IMG/VR virus record: IMGVR_UViG_3300046499_000850
Source: a virus
Lineage: Duplodnaviria > Heunggongvirae > Uroviricota > Caudoviricetes
DNA length: 64,000 nucleotides
Reading direction: 5' to 3' (one strand)
The translations under genes were made by a program, and so were the position numbers. The stretch's first letter is position 1. Each line of letters starts with the position of its first letter. The notes under the pieces were generated by a model. The model was not told the origin of the DNA, made no database searches, and saw only the letters and a list, made by a program, of their open reading frames with translations. Positions 55,931-64,000 of this stretch are shown here, piece by piece.

Positions 55931-57181
55931 ATGTATCAACTGGTTTCTGCCATTGTAAAACCGCTCGATAGCGGTGGCCGGTGGCGTAGCATGGGCATTG
56001 GAGAGGTCCCTTTGAACCTCTTGTTCAATGATTTCAAACGGGTGATTGTCACCCTGTCCAATTCGGTGTTGGATCACAACGTGAGCTTGGAGTTGGAGCA
56101 ACTACGTGCCGACCTCGGTGGTCTCACGATCACGTTCGATGAATGGTTGGCCCAAAACGGCAACGAGACCTTACCGACGTCGGATAGTCTGCCCACCATC
56201 AAGACCCGCTACGCCAATTTTTCCGATGCAGTGCGGTCGGGGTACAAGGTCACGCCCACTCATCCCACCATTTCGCCATCGAGTCCGATGCCGATTTCGT
56301 CCAAAACGCATTTGCTGCTTACCAAAGATGATGAAGACTATGGGTTGGTGTACAAACACGCGCTGGCTTGTGTCAACGGGTTTTACCACCAAACCGACTA
56401 TAGCAGCGAAGGGTTCTTCATCACGGACGGTATGAAGAGCTGCCTGAAAGGTCGGCGCAACGAAGTGGGGTTACTGTCATTCTTGGCCCTCGGGGAACTG
56501 TCGTTCATCCCCATCCAAGACGCAATGATCTATACCCAGCGTCCCGAGCAGCAACTGCGGTACAACTGCTACATCGATACCGGGGTGGATCTGTCGACCA
56601 AGACGGTGATGTTGGTGTTGGGTGGGTATTTGCACTTCCTCGACAAGCGAACCTTCTTCCGCATCAGCCCCAGCGCCTTCGGCATTGACTTCAGCAAGAT
56701 CCCGATGGTTGGCCGGTACTACGAGTCGTACAAGGTCCTCAACTTCGATTCGCTCGGGTTAGAACAGTCACCCATCAACGCTAGCCAGATCAGCGTCAGT
56801 AATCTGCTGAGCGACGATGTGTTGCGCCAGTACCTGCAACTCTCGCAGACGTTCTTTGTGGTGTTGGACAATGAAGAGATCTTCATGGATACAATCGAAG
56901 TCAAGCCTTCTAAGCTGCCAGGAACGTACACTGCGTCGCTGCCGCCCGTGTACCCCTTCAGTGTGGGGCATGGTCGACATGAAGTGTTCTGGCCACGCAA
57001 AGAGTACGACCGGTATTCGGTGAACATCCACACCCAAGCTGCGTGGACCGCACCGCACAATTACGATACCGTACGTACGCGAGCTCAAAAATCCGTGAGC
57101 GATGCGAAGTTGGCATCCTTCGGGTTCCGCAATGCCCAAGCCCAGTTCCAACTCATCGGTTCAGACGTCTACGTGCCATAA
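55931..57181 (+). CDS. phiKZ-like virion structural protein (416 aa)
   Basis: AAAGG RBS; L..VNG.YH.TD motif; between tail fibre and spike genes. Confidence 0.55.
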   Translation: MYQLVSAIVKPLDSGGRWRSMGIGEVPLNLLFNDFKRVIVTLSNSVLDHNVSLELEQLRADLGGLTITFDEWLAQNGNETLPTSDSLPTIKTRYANFSDAVRSGYKVTPTHPTISPSSPMPISSKTHLLLTKDDEDYGLVYKHALACVNGFYHQTDYSSEGFFITDGMKSCLKGRRNEVGLLSFLALGELSFIPIQDAMIYTQRPEQQLRYNCYIDTGVDLSTKTVMLVLGGYLHFLDKRTFFRISPSAFGIDFSKIPMVGRYYESYKVLNFDSLGLEQSPINASQISVSNLLSDDVLRQYLQLSQTFFVVLDNEEIFMDTIEVKPSKLPGTYTASLPPVYPFSVGHGRHEVFWPRKEYDRYSVNIHTQAAWTAPHNYDTVRTRAQKSVSDAKLASFGFRNAQAQFQLIGSDVYVP

Positions 57182-57226
57182 GCGTCATAGCTCCCCCTCC
57201 CGCGTTGGGAGGGGGAGTATGCCGTC
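57182..57226. terminator. bidirectional palindromic terminator
   Basis: GCGTCATAG-CTCCCCCTCCC-GCGTT-GGGAGGGGGAG-TATGCCGTC. Confidence 0.75.
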
Positions 57227-57482
57227 AATCAGCGGTGGCTGAGCCGGTACCGATAATCGCACCACCACAACTGGCTTTATCACCAGAACGCACGATCGCT
57301 TTACCATCACTCGTGGCAGTCGAACTGGAGTTGATCGGTGTCGTCCCATGGCCTTTGATTGGGCATTGGTGCAGGTCACCCGACACGACGCCAGTTATTC
57401 CATCCACAGTAAAGTTACCAGACGCCGAAATGATCACGCCGCCATGGTCGCTGACGTCACCCAATTTCGCAATGCTTCCCAT
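57225..57482 (-). CDS. PAAR-domain spike tip protein (85 aa)
   Basis: IAKLGDVSDHGG, GDLHQCPIKGH, GDKASCG: three PAAR-like repeats with His/Cys/His/Cys metal ligands. Confidence 0.85.
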   Translation of the reverse strand: MGSIAKLGDVSDHGGVIISASGNFTVDGITGVVSGDLHQCPIKGHGTTPINSSSTATSDGKAIVRSGDKASCGGAIIGTGSATAD

Positions 57483-57491
57483 GAAACCCTC

Positions 57492-58418
57492 TTATTTAAG
57501 TTGGACCGCTTTCGAGATAATCGTCGGATTACCGTCGATCTTCATCAACCCGCCCGCTTTCAGGTTGGCGACGCCGCTGGAATTCAGATCGTAGCTTCCC
57601 GCTTTCTCCGTCAAGCTGCTGCTGGCTTCAAGACTATAGCTACCGGTCTTTTCAGTGATGCTGGTGCCTGCCTTGATGTTGATCGTTTCGCCAATTTCTT
57701 CGATCTTCTTTTTGGCCACCAACTTGTAAGTCTCAGGCACCGTGATGATGAAGTTCTTTTTGTTGATTTCAAACGACGTGCCATCCGGGTTTTGCATCGC
57801 CATCTGTTTTTCTTTGAAGTCGATGATGAAGACATGACCGGTATCGTCTTTGAATTGGAAGAACCCGTCTTTAGTGTTAAGTTGCACGTCCACCGCCGCG
57901 AACTCACCGTTGGCTTTGCTGGTATGCAGATGGATCAAGCCTTTGTGGGTCGAGACTTCCATGAAGTAGTAATTGTCACCATTAACATCGGCGGCTTCCT
58001 TCTTGGTACCACTGAATGCCCAAATCACGGTTTCTAACTTCCGCAGTTTCAGGTCATCAAACAACGTCGTCCAAAAGAACTTGTCTTCATCTGCAAACTT
58101 GTACAGCATGACCATTTCACCGCGCCGCACATTGGGGGCAGTAAAACGGTTACCGCCACAGAGCGGCAGCCAAGTCGCCGGGATGCTGTTGGCGGTATCA
58201 GTCTTGACTTGGAATTCGCCACCGTTGCGGTCGGTCGAGGTGACTGTGTCACTCACGATGCCAGATTTGATTTCACCATCCAACATCGGTACATCTTCGA
58301 TCGGCGTGACTTCCACCACCCGGTTCGGTTTGCCGTCTTTATCGGCGAGCTTTTGGTTTTCTGCCACGATGCCGAGCGAATATGGCTTCAGTTCCGAGAA
58401 CATTTCCGGGGTCAGCAT
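57492..58418 (-). CDS. baseplate central spike (gp5/gpV/VgrG-like), 308 aa
   Basis: OB-fold-like N-terminus (ATWLP..NR.TAPNVRRGE.V.LY); C-terminal beta-helix repeats (I.IKAGTSITEKTGSYSLEA); AGGAG RBS; upstream of PAAR. Confidence 0.75.
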   Translation of the reverse strand: MLTPEMFSELKPYSLGIVAENQKLADKDGKPNRVVEVTPIEDVPMLDGEIKSGIVSDTVTSTDRNGGEFQVKTDTANSIPATWLPLCGGNRFTAPNVRRGEMVMLYKFADEDKFFWTTLFDDLKLRKLETVIWAFSGTKKEAADVNGDNYYFMEVSTHKGLIHLHTSKANGEFAAVDVQLNTKDGFFQFKDDTGHVFIIDFKEKQMAMQNPDGTSFEINKKNFIITVPETYKLVAKKKIEEIGETINIKAGTSITEKTGSYSLEASSSLTEKAGSYDLNSSGVANLKAGGLMKIDGNPTIISKAVQLK

Positions 58419-58495
58419 GCGTAACTCCTGATCAGTAAAATGAAAAATATAGCCACTCCGTATGTTCTGTAAGAGGCCCATAATAGAAAGCACCC

Positions 58496-61051
58496 ATGTA
58501 CCGAATAATCTCTCTAACACTCGTGGGTTGTCGACGGTTGTTCTTGGCGGAGATCCGCAAGATCACCCTCACCCCGCAATCAGCAGTACAGCTTGTGCTG
58601 GGTACCAACGGGTCTGGTAAGAGTTCGCTGCTGCGGCAACTTACCCCGCTCCCAGCCGATAAAGACGACTTTGTCAAAGGAGGTAGCAAGACCATCATCC
58701 TTGAAAGCCATGGCCACCAATTCATCTGTTCTAGCCATATTGACCGCGGTGCTGAACACAGCTTTGTGATGGATGGCGAAGAACTCAACCCGGGCGGTAC
58801 CGCCCAAGTGCAGAAAGATCTGTGCAGGAAGTACTTCAAGGTCACCGAAGAATCGCATGACCTCATGTGTGGTCTGGAGAAGTTTACCCTGATGGCGCCA
58901 GCCAAACGGCGTGAGTGGATTATGTCGCTCTGTGAGGGTGGCAATGAATTCGCCATGTCGGCGTACGAGACGCTCAAGCAACGGGCGACTTGGTTGACGG
59001 GGGCTGTGCGGATGAACCATAAGAATCTCGGCACAGAAATCGCCAAGGTCATCTCAGACGCTGAAGAACAAAAACTCGAAGAGGAAGTCAATGCGTTACG
59101 CGCTGAACTCAATCTCTTGCAGGCCGAGCGGATGCCGCTCGAACAAAGCGCGAATCACTACCTCGATCAACGCGGGCGGGCTTTGCGTAGTTTGCAGGAT
59201 GTCTCGATGCGACTGCTTCGCAATAAGGTTGTCGTCCCGTATGAATACAACGACGGGCGTGTAGAACGTGACGAATGGGGACAGCAAAAGAAAGCGTACT
59301 TCGGTTCCCTAGAGGAAATCGATCGCGAAATCGATCGCTTGAAACACATCGCGACTGGTAAAGAGGCTGTGTTGGTCACGGTGAACGAACAGTACACCAA
59401 ACTTGAACGCCAACACGACATCTTGATCAAGACAGGCGCTGAAGGGGTTGAGAGTATTGACCGTCACTTACACCAACTCCGCGAAGAACGTTCGGGAAAA
59501 GTCAACCGTTTACGTTTGGGGCTGGTGTTCAAGGATAGCCGCGGTGCCCAGCAAGCGTTGCTGCCGATCGTGGACGCGTTGGTGGCAGTGTTGCGAGAGC
59601 TGCCCGAGAACGCTAACCGCCGTTATGGTCGGGGTAAGTACGACGAACTGCAGCAAGAACAGATGAAGTTGGTGGAAACGACCAACCGTCACATCGAACA
59701 CTTGCATCGCTTGCGTGCCCAGAAAGATCATGCTGACTTACACCGTGGTGAAAACAAACATAGCTGTCCTGCGTGTAACCATAGCTGGGTGGTTGGTGTG
59801 GATGAGAAGCAGTATGAACTCATCATCAACGGGATCAAAGAAGGTGAGAAGAAGCTGGTGGAGTTAAAAGAAGCCCACAGCGAACGCCAGAAAACACTGG
59901 AAGCACTGGAAGTGTACTTCGTGCAGTACCGTGAGATCATGGGTTACACCAAGAGCATCACGATTCTACAGCCGTTCTGGGATTACCTGATCGATTCCAA
60001 ACTCATCTTGGAGTCACCCATCGAAGCGATCAACGCTATTCAGTATCTGCAACGTGATCTGCTCGTGGCCGTCGAGATCCAAGAAATCGAAGAGAAGATC
60101 GATGAACTCACCAAACTGCGTGCGCAAGCAGCCGAAGTGGGGGACGCGAATCTCAACGAAGTACGTAGTCAAATGGAAACGCTCGCTACTCAACTGGGGA
60201 AACTCACCGGTGAATTAGCGCACGTGCAGCGTTCGGTGTCGGAGTACAGCGAATACCGTCGTCAGCTCAACACGGGTTTGCAACTCGGGGAAGAGCTCAA
60301 ACGCCTGTATGCGCTCGCTGAACAACAGCAATACGGCCATATTGAAGCATTCCGCCGTGAAAGCATCCACCACTGCCTGCGGGAAGTGGAGAACGCCATG
60401 TCGCTCAAAGAGGAATCTCTGCGGTCGATGAAACGGCAAAAGGATTTGGTCGAAGCGTTGAAACGGCAGATTGCGGCGCTGGAGATCCAGGAAGCGGCAG
60501 CGAAAGCGATGGTCAATGCTTTATCACCGAAGAATGGCTTGATCGCGGAAGGGTTGTTAGGTTTCATCCGGGCCTTTGTGGGACAGATGAACACGTTTAT
60601 CAATCGCATCTGGCGCTATCCGCTGCAAATCATCCCAACGGGTTACGATCCCGCTAATCGGGAACAGACGGCGGACTTGGACTACAAGTTCAAAGTCATC
60701 GTGGAACGGGAAGACAACATCATCAAGGACATCTCATTGGGCAGTGAAGGAATCAAGGAGATCATCAACCTTGCGTTCCAGATGGTGGCGATCTTCTATC
60801 TAGGGTTGTCTGATACGCCGCTTTTTCTCGATGAGTTTGGGCGCACCTTTGACGATGAACACCGCGTCAAAGCCACGGAAGAAATCAAGTGGTTGATGGA
60901 AAATGGCAATCACCCGCAACTGTTCATGATCAGCCACTACGCGGCAAGTTATTCGGCGTTTACGAATGCGCAGATGTGTGTGATCGATGACCGTAACGTC
61001 GTGTTGCCTTCGGGTCGCGCGTATAACGAACACGTACAAATCGTACATTAA
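58496..61051 (+). CDS. sbcC: SbcC/Rad50-like SMC ATPase (851 aa)
   Basis: Walker A GTNGSGKSS, long coiled coils, CPAC zinc hook, SLGSEG signature, LFLDE Walker B, ISH. Confidence 0.9.
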   Translation: MYRIISLTLVGCRRLFLAEIRKITLTPQSAVQLVLGTNGSGKSSLLRQLTPLPADKDDFVKGGSKTIILESHGHQFICSSHIDRGAEHSFVMDGEELNPGGTAQVQKDLCRKYFKVTEESHDLMCGLEKFTLMAPAKRREWIMSLCEGGNEFAMSAYETLKQRATWLTGAVRMNHKNLGTEIAKVISDAEEQKLEEEVNALRAELNLLQAERMPLEQSANHYLDQRGRALRSLQDVSMRLLRNKVVVPYEYNDGRVERDEWGQQKKAYFGSLEEIDREIDRLKHIATGKEAVLVTVNEQYTKLERQHDILIKTGAEGVESIDRHLHQLREERSGKVNRLRLGLVFKDSRGAQQALLPIVDALVAVLRELPENANRRYGRGKYDELQQEQMKLVETTNRHIEHLHRLRAQKDHADLHRGENKHSCPACNHSWVVGVDEKQYELIINGIKEGEKKLVELKEAHSERQKTLEALEVYFVQYREIMGYTKSITILQPFWDYLIDSKLILESPIEAINAIQYLQRDLLVAVEIQEIEEKIDELTKLRAQAAEVGDANLNEVRSQMETLATQLGKLTGELAHVQRSVSEYSEYRRQLNTGLQLGEELKRLYALAEQQQYGHIEAFRRESIHHCLREVENAMSLKEESLRSMKRQKDLVEALKRQIAALEIQEAAAKAMVNALSPKNGLIAEGLLGFIRAFVGQMNTFINRIWRYPLQIIPTGYDPANREQTADLDYKFKVIVEREDNIIKDISLGSEGIKEIINLAFQMVAIFYLGLSDTPLFLDEFGRTFDDEHRVKATEEIKWLMENGNHPQLFMISHYAASYSAFTNAQMCVIDDRNVVLPSGRAYNEHVQIVH

Positions 61052-61061
61052 GGATAGCAAC

Positions 61062-61445
61062 ATGAGTTTAGGATCTATGATGGATGATGTTTTTGCACTA
61101 AACGGCCCGCTGGAACACGGCAAACGTCAGACCGGTCGCACCACCCGCATGATGGAATACGCCAAATCGGTCTGCGCTGCTGGCAATCCGGTAGTGGTGA
61201 TCTTCAAAGATGAAAATGACGCCAGCGTCTGGCGCAAGAAGTACGAAGACGTTCCTGGCCTGTCAGTGATTCCGATGAAACGCAACATGCCGGAACTGGA
61301 TTGGGAGCAGTTGAAGATCGTCAAAGGCCCGTACGCGTACCACAAGACGTTGCTTGACCACGACGCCATCTTCGGCCGTTTCAAAGCCGTACTGGCCGCA
61401 TGGTCGCAATATGACCAAAAACCCGAAGTGAAACAAGCAGCGTAA
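61062..61445 (+). CDS. small P-loop-like protein (127 aa)
   Basis: GKRQTGRTT Walker A-like, LLDHD Walker B-like; AAGGA RBS. Confidence 0.55.
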   Translation: MSLGSMMDDVFALNGPLEHGKRQTGRTTRMMEYAKSVCAAGNPVVVIFKDENDASVWRKKYEDVPGLSVIPMKRNMPELDWEQLKIVKGPYAYHKTLLDHDAIFGRFKAVLAAWSQYDQKPEVKQAA

Positions 61446-61452
61446 ACCGTTG

Positions 61453-61498
61453 TACGGCATACTCCCCCTACCCCACGGGGTAGGGGGAGCTATGTTAC
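61453..61498. terminator. bidirectional palindromic terminator
   Basis: TACGGCATA-CTCCCCCTACCCC-AC-GGGGTAGGGGGAG-CTATGTTAC. Confidence 0.75.
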
Positions 61499-61503
61499 TG
61501 CGA

Positions 61504-62916
61504 TTACGCCATCGTTGCGGTAGCCAGATTCCTGTGGAACCTGGTCGATTCTAACGCGTAGCTGTCCACAGTGTCATACACGTTGGTGCCTTGGCGGATG
61601 AACTGGCTCAAACGCAGCGTCACGAAGCTGCTAGTGCTTTGTATGCACATGATGAGTTGGTGGATGTTGCTGTTGATGTCGAATTTGCTAAAAGCTTTTT
61701 CACCATGCCCATTGACAATCTGCGCATTCACTTCGTCAGCAGTAAGTTTCATTTGCTTGACCTGCCCCATCAGACCATCAATCCGTTTGGCGGTGGTTTG
61801 TACGTGATCGAGCTTGCGTTTGAGGTCGTCCGATTCCACCATCTCCAGCCACTGCTCGGTCAGCTTAGCGATTTTCTCACAATCGTGAGGATCGAGTGGC
61901 TCGATATCGTGTTCTTTGAGCGCATAATGGTTGTTCTCCATGAGGAGCTTGTACATATCAAACCGGTTGGGGCTGTCGTGTCCGCCAGTCATGGTGTACG
62001 CAACAAATCGAATACCTCCCAACAGGACCGGCGGGCCGGCGTATTCGGCCTTGGCGCTCGGCGCGGTCGGTTTGATCTTGAGCACGTTAAACAGATGTTC
62101 CATCTCGGCGTTGTACTTGGGTGCCAAACGGTTGACCACTTCCACCGTTTTCATGACATCCTGCGCAATGTCGCCAATGGCGTCGACGATCACTGTCAGC
62201 ATCTTTTCCGACGATTGGATCAGCTCGTTTAGAACCTTGTGCGTGACTTCGTTCAGACGCGTCAGCTCGCTCACGATCTGCTTCGGCGGACACATCTTAC
62301 CCGGAGCCAAGCACAGCGAACCTACGTCGCCAAAGAATTCAAACTTGGCGTGGGGTTTGGTGGCGGTTGGTGAAGGCACGACGACTTGCTCGTTGGTTCC
62401 GACCGGGGTCGGTTTGGCTTCCGGTGCTGGCATCGTTTTGCTGTCGAGCGCTGCTTCGAGTTTGTCGAGCTTATTCTTCACCGGCTTGGTGGTGCTGAAG
62501 ATGTTCTTGAAGAAGTTCTTCACCGCTTCCCATGCGCGATCCAAGAATGCTTTGATCTGCTCCCACAGCTTCTTGATCTTTTCCATGGCGGAATCGACAA
62601 AGCTTTCGTTGGAGTTGTGGATCGAGTTGGGATCGTGATATTGCCAAGGATTTTCTTCCTCGGCCATATCGCCACCCGCGATCGCCATATCGGCCACAGC
62701 GCCCAGCAGTTCTTGTTCAACCGGGCCAGCTTGCGCCACTTGTTGCATAACGTGCTCTGCGTCGAGAATGATCTCGTTGGCGTCGACCACTCGGTCGATC
62801 GTGACCTCATCCGCCACCAAGCCGTTGACGGTTTGGTTCTGTTCGTCGAGCAAAATCGCTTCTTCTTCAACGGACAGGGACACAACTGGTACTACAGGTT
62901 TCAAATGACGTTGCAT
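61504..62916 (-). CDS. phiKZ-like internal head protein (470 aa)
   Basis: LSVEEEAI..DE.NQT, AVADMA.AG.D, SNE-S site, KIKKLWEQIKAFLDRAWEAVKNFF; paralog of 11709..13184. Confidence 0.65.
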   Translation of the reverse strand: MQRHLKPVVPVVSLSVEEEAILLDEQNQTVNGLVADEVTIDRVVDANEIILDAEHVMQQVAQAGPVEQELLGAVADMAIAGGDMAEEENPWQYHDPNSIHNSNESFVDSAMEKIKKLWEQIKAFLDRAWEAVKNFFKNIFSTTKPVKNKLDKLEAALDSKTMPAPEAKPTPVGTNEQVVVPSPTATKPHAKFEFFGDVGSLCLAPGKMCPPKQIVSELTRLNEVTHKVLNELIQSSEKMLTVIVDAIGDIAQDVMKTVEVVNRLAPKYNAEMEHLFNVLKIKPTAPSAKAEYAGPPVLLGGIRFVAYTMTGGHDSPNRFDMYKLLMENNHYALKEHDIEPLDPHDCEKIAKLTEQWLEMVESDDLKRKLDHVQTTAKRIDGLMGQVKQMKLTADEVNAQIVNGHGEKAFSKFDINSNIHQLIMCIQSTSSFVTLRLSQFIRQGTNVYDTVDSYALESTRFHRNLATATMA

Positions 62917-62922
62917 GGTAAA

Positions 62923-63555
62923 TTAAGGTGGTGGTGGGTTATTGGCCAGAACAAACGCTTCCAAATCACTGTACTTGGTTTGAAGCGCGCTCAGGTTCTC
63001 TTCAGCAATCATCAGACGCGCAGCATCGGTGATAACGGTTTCCATCACGGCTTTACGGGCCGCTTCGATGGTGGATGCGTCCTCGATCGAGAGGTAGGTC
63101 AAGGTTGATGCGCGCATGGCGCGCACTTGGGCATCTTGTACACCCATCAAGTCCCGGGCCATGTCTGCCACTTTGGCCATGAAATAAGCTAAGCTCAGGT
63201 CTTGTGGCAAGGCGCCGAGGTTGACGGTCACGAACATCGTCGCGTACGGCACCCCTGTGGCTATCGGCAGTGACTCCAGATAACTGTTAGGAACCCGCAC
63301 CATCTCGCCATCCGACGACTGCAGTTCGACGATACAAACTTTGTCAGCGACATCGGCGACGAACTTCTCGCGGGAGATTCCGTACGGCTCGTAATACAGC
63401 GCATACGGGTCTTGGTTGGTGGCTGCGATGGCTTGCAGTGTTTGCAAGCCCAGCACTTCATAGGGGATGTTGTCGGCACAAAGACCTGTGAATGGGTCCT
63501 TGAGTTTGACCACCCCCGACGAACCAATACTCGGTTTGAGGTAGAGGTTACTCAT
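62923..63555 (-). CDS. virion structural protein (210 aa)
   Basis: Co-oriented with head-protein genes; P.IG..G...LKDPF N-terminus typical of a phiKZ-like structural gene. Confidence 0.5.
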   Translation of the reverse strand: MSNLYLKPSIGSSGVVKLKDPFTGLCADNIPYEVLGLQTLQAIAATNQDPYALYYEPYGISREKFVADVADKVCIVELQSSDGEMVRVPNSYLESLPIATGVPYATMFVTVNLGALPQDLSLAYFMAKVADMARDLMGVQDAQVRAMRASTLTYLSIEDASTIEAARKAVMETVITDAARLMIAEENLSALQTKYSDLEAFVLANNPPPP

Positions 63556-63558
63556 CGA

Positions 63559-64000
63559 TTAACCCATGTTCGATTTGGCTACGACCAGGTAGTTGACGTT
63601 ATTATAGCTCTTGGTGAGGTACAAGATGCCGTCGCGGTGCACCTTCATCATCCCAACCGGGATCGTAGTGAAGTCACTCATTGATTCGGCCGCATACAGC
63701 ATCTGTTCGATCATGAAGGCCCAGTCTTGGGTGTTCTTCGACATGCGGTTAAAGTCCACCGAGGTCGAGGTCACCGCGATCAGGTCAGCGAACAGTTCGT
63801 TTAGCTTGTACTTGCCGTCGCGGTTGTCGGGTGAGCCGATCGCCAAGATCGCCAGCGAACGATAGGGGTGACCCATCATCGTCATGTTCGAATCAATATG
63901 AGCCGACGGATATTGCGTCGCATATTGTTTCATTTTTGCAGCGATCTCGGAGTACTGGATCTGGGGCGAGTAAATCCCGGTGGTCAGTTCGCGGTTAGGA
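63559..64000 (-). CDS. virion structural protein, C-terminal part (5' end outside window)
   Basis: Frame stays open to the window edge (PNRELTTGIYSPQIQYSEIAAKMKQY...). Confidence 0.55.
   Translation of the reverse strand, partial: PNRELTTGIYSPQIQYSEIAAKMKQYATQYPSAHIDSNMTMMGHPYRSLAILAIGSPDNRDGKYKLNELFADLIAVTSTSVDFNRMSKNTQDWAFMIEQMLYAAESMSDFTTIPVGMMKVHRDGILYLTKSYNNVNYLVVAKSNMG

Noticed and set aside
1-64000. tRNA genes, introns/inteins, homing endonucleases, transposases
   Set aside because: No cloverleaf/TTCGA-CCA patterns in intergenic gaps and no intein or HNH/LAGLIDADG motifs noticed in the core genes (manual inspection only)

Overview
The window is a 64 kb segment of a lytic jumbo myophage of the phiKZ-like group. 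The core genes fit this group: DnaB-like and SF2 helicases, a ~730 aa major capsid protein, a non-virion RNAP beta-type subunit, a portal-like protein, RuvC, SbcC, internal head proteins with S-x-E maturation sites, and a baseplate spike plus PAAR tip. Family assignments are by recalled motif and synteny, not by database search. Nucleus formation cannot be confirmed because no chimallin or tubulin gene is in the window. A PEP-CTERM gene and RpoA-CTD homology point to a proteobacterial, possibly betaproteobacterial, host (inference). No tRNA, rRNA, CRISPR array, integrase or transposase was seen. The most notable items are: (1) a tail-fibre operon with an 828 aa (Y)NPP-repeat Pro/Asn/Gly/Thr/Tyr protein followed by a prolyl-hydroxylase-type 2OG-Fe(II) oxygenase and two paralogous dUTPase-fold-like proteins, a candidate virion-protein modification system; (2) eight tandem paralogs with unrelated N-termini and a shared C-terminal domain ending RAAKDLFG; (3) a ~380 nt structured non-coding region carrying a 15-nt copy of the 23S rRNA helix-62 loop; (4) a cassette-like early region with repeated CTAGC hairpins, one unit of which is a phage-encoded PEP-CTERM protein; (5) a tandem RNAP alpha-CTD mimic; (6) a window-wide hairpin + TATGCCGTC terminator-like signature.
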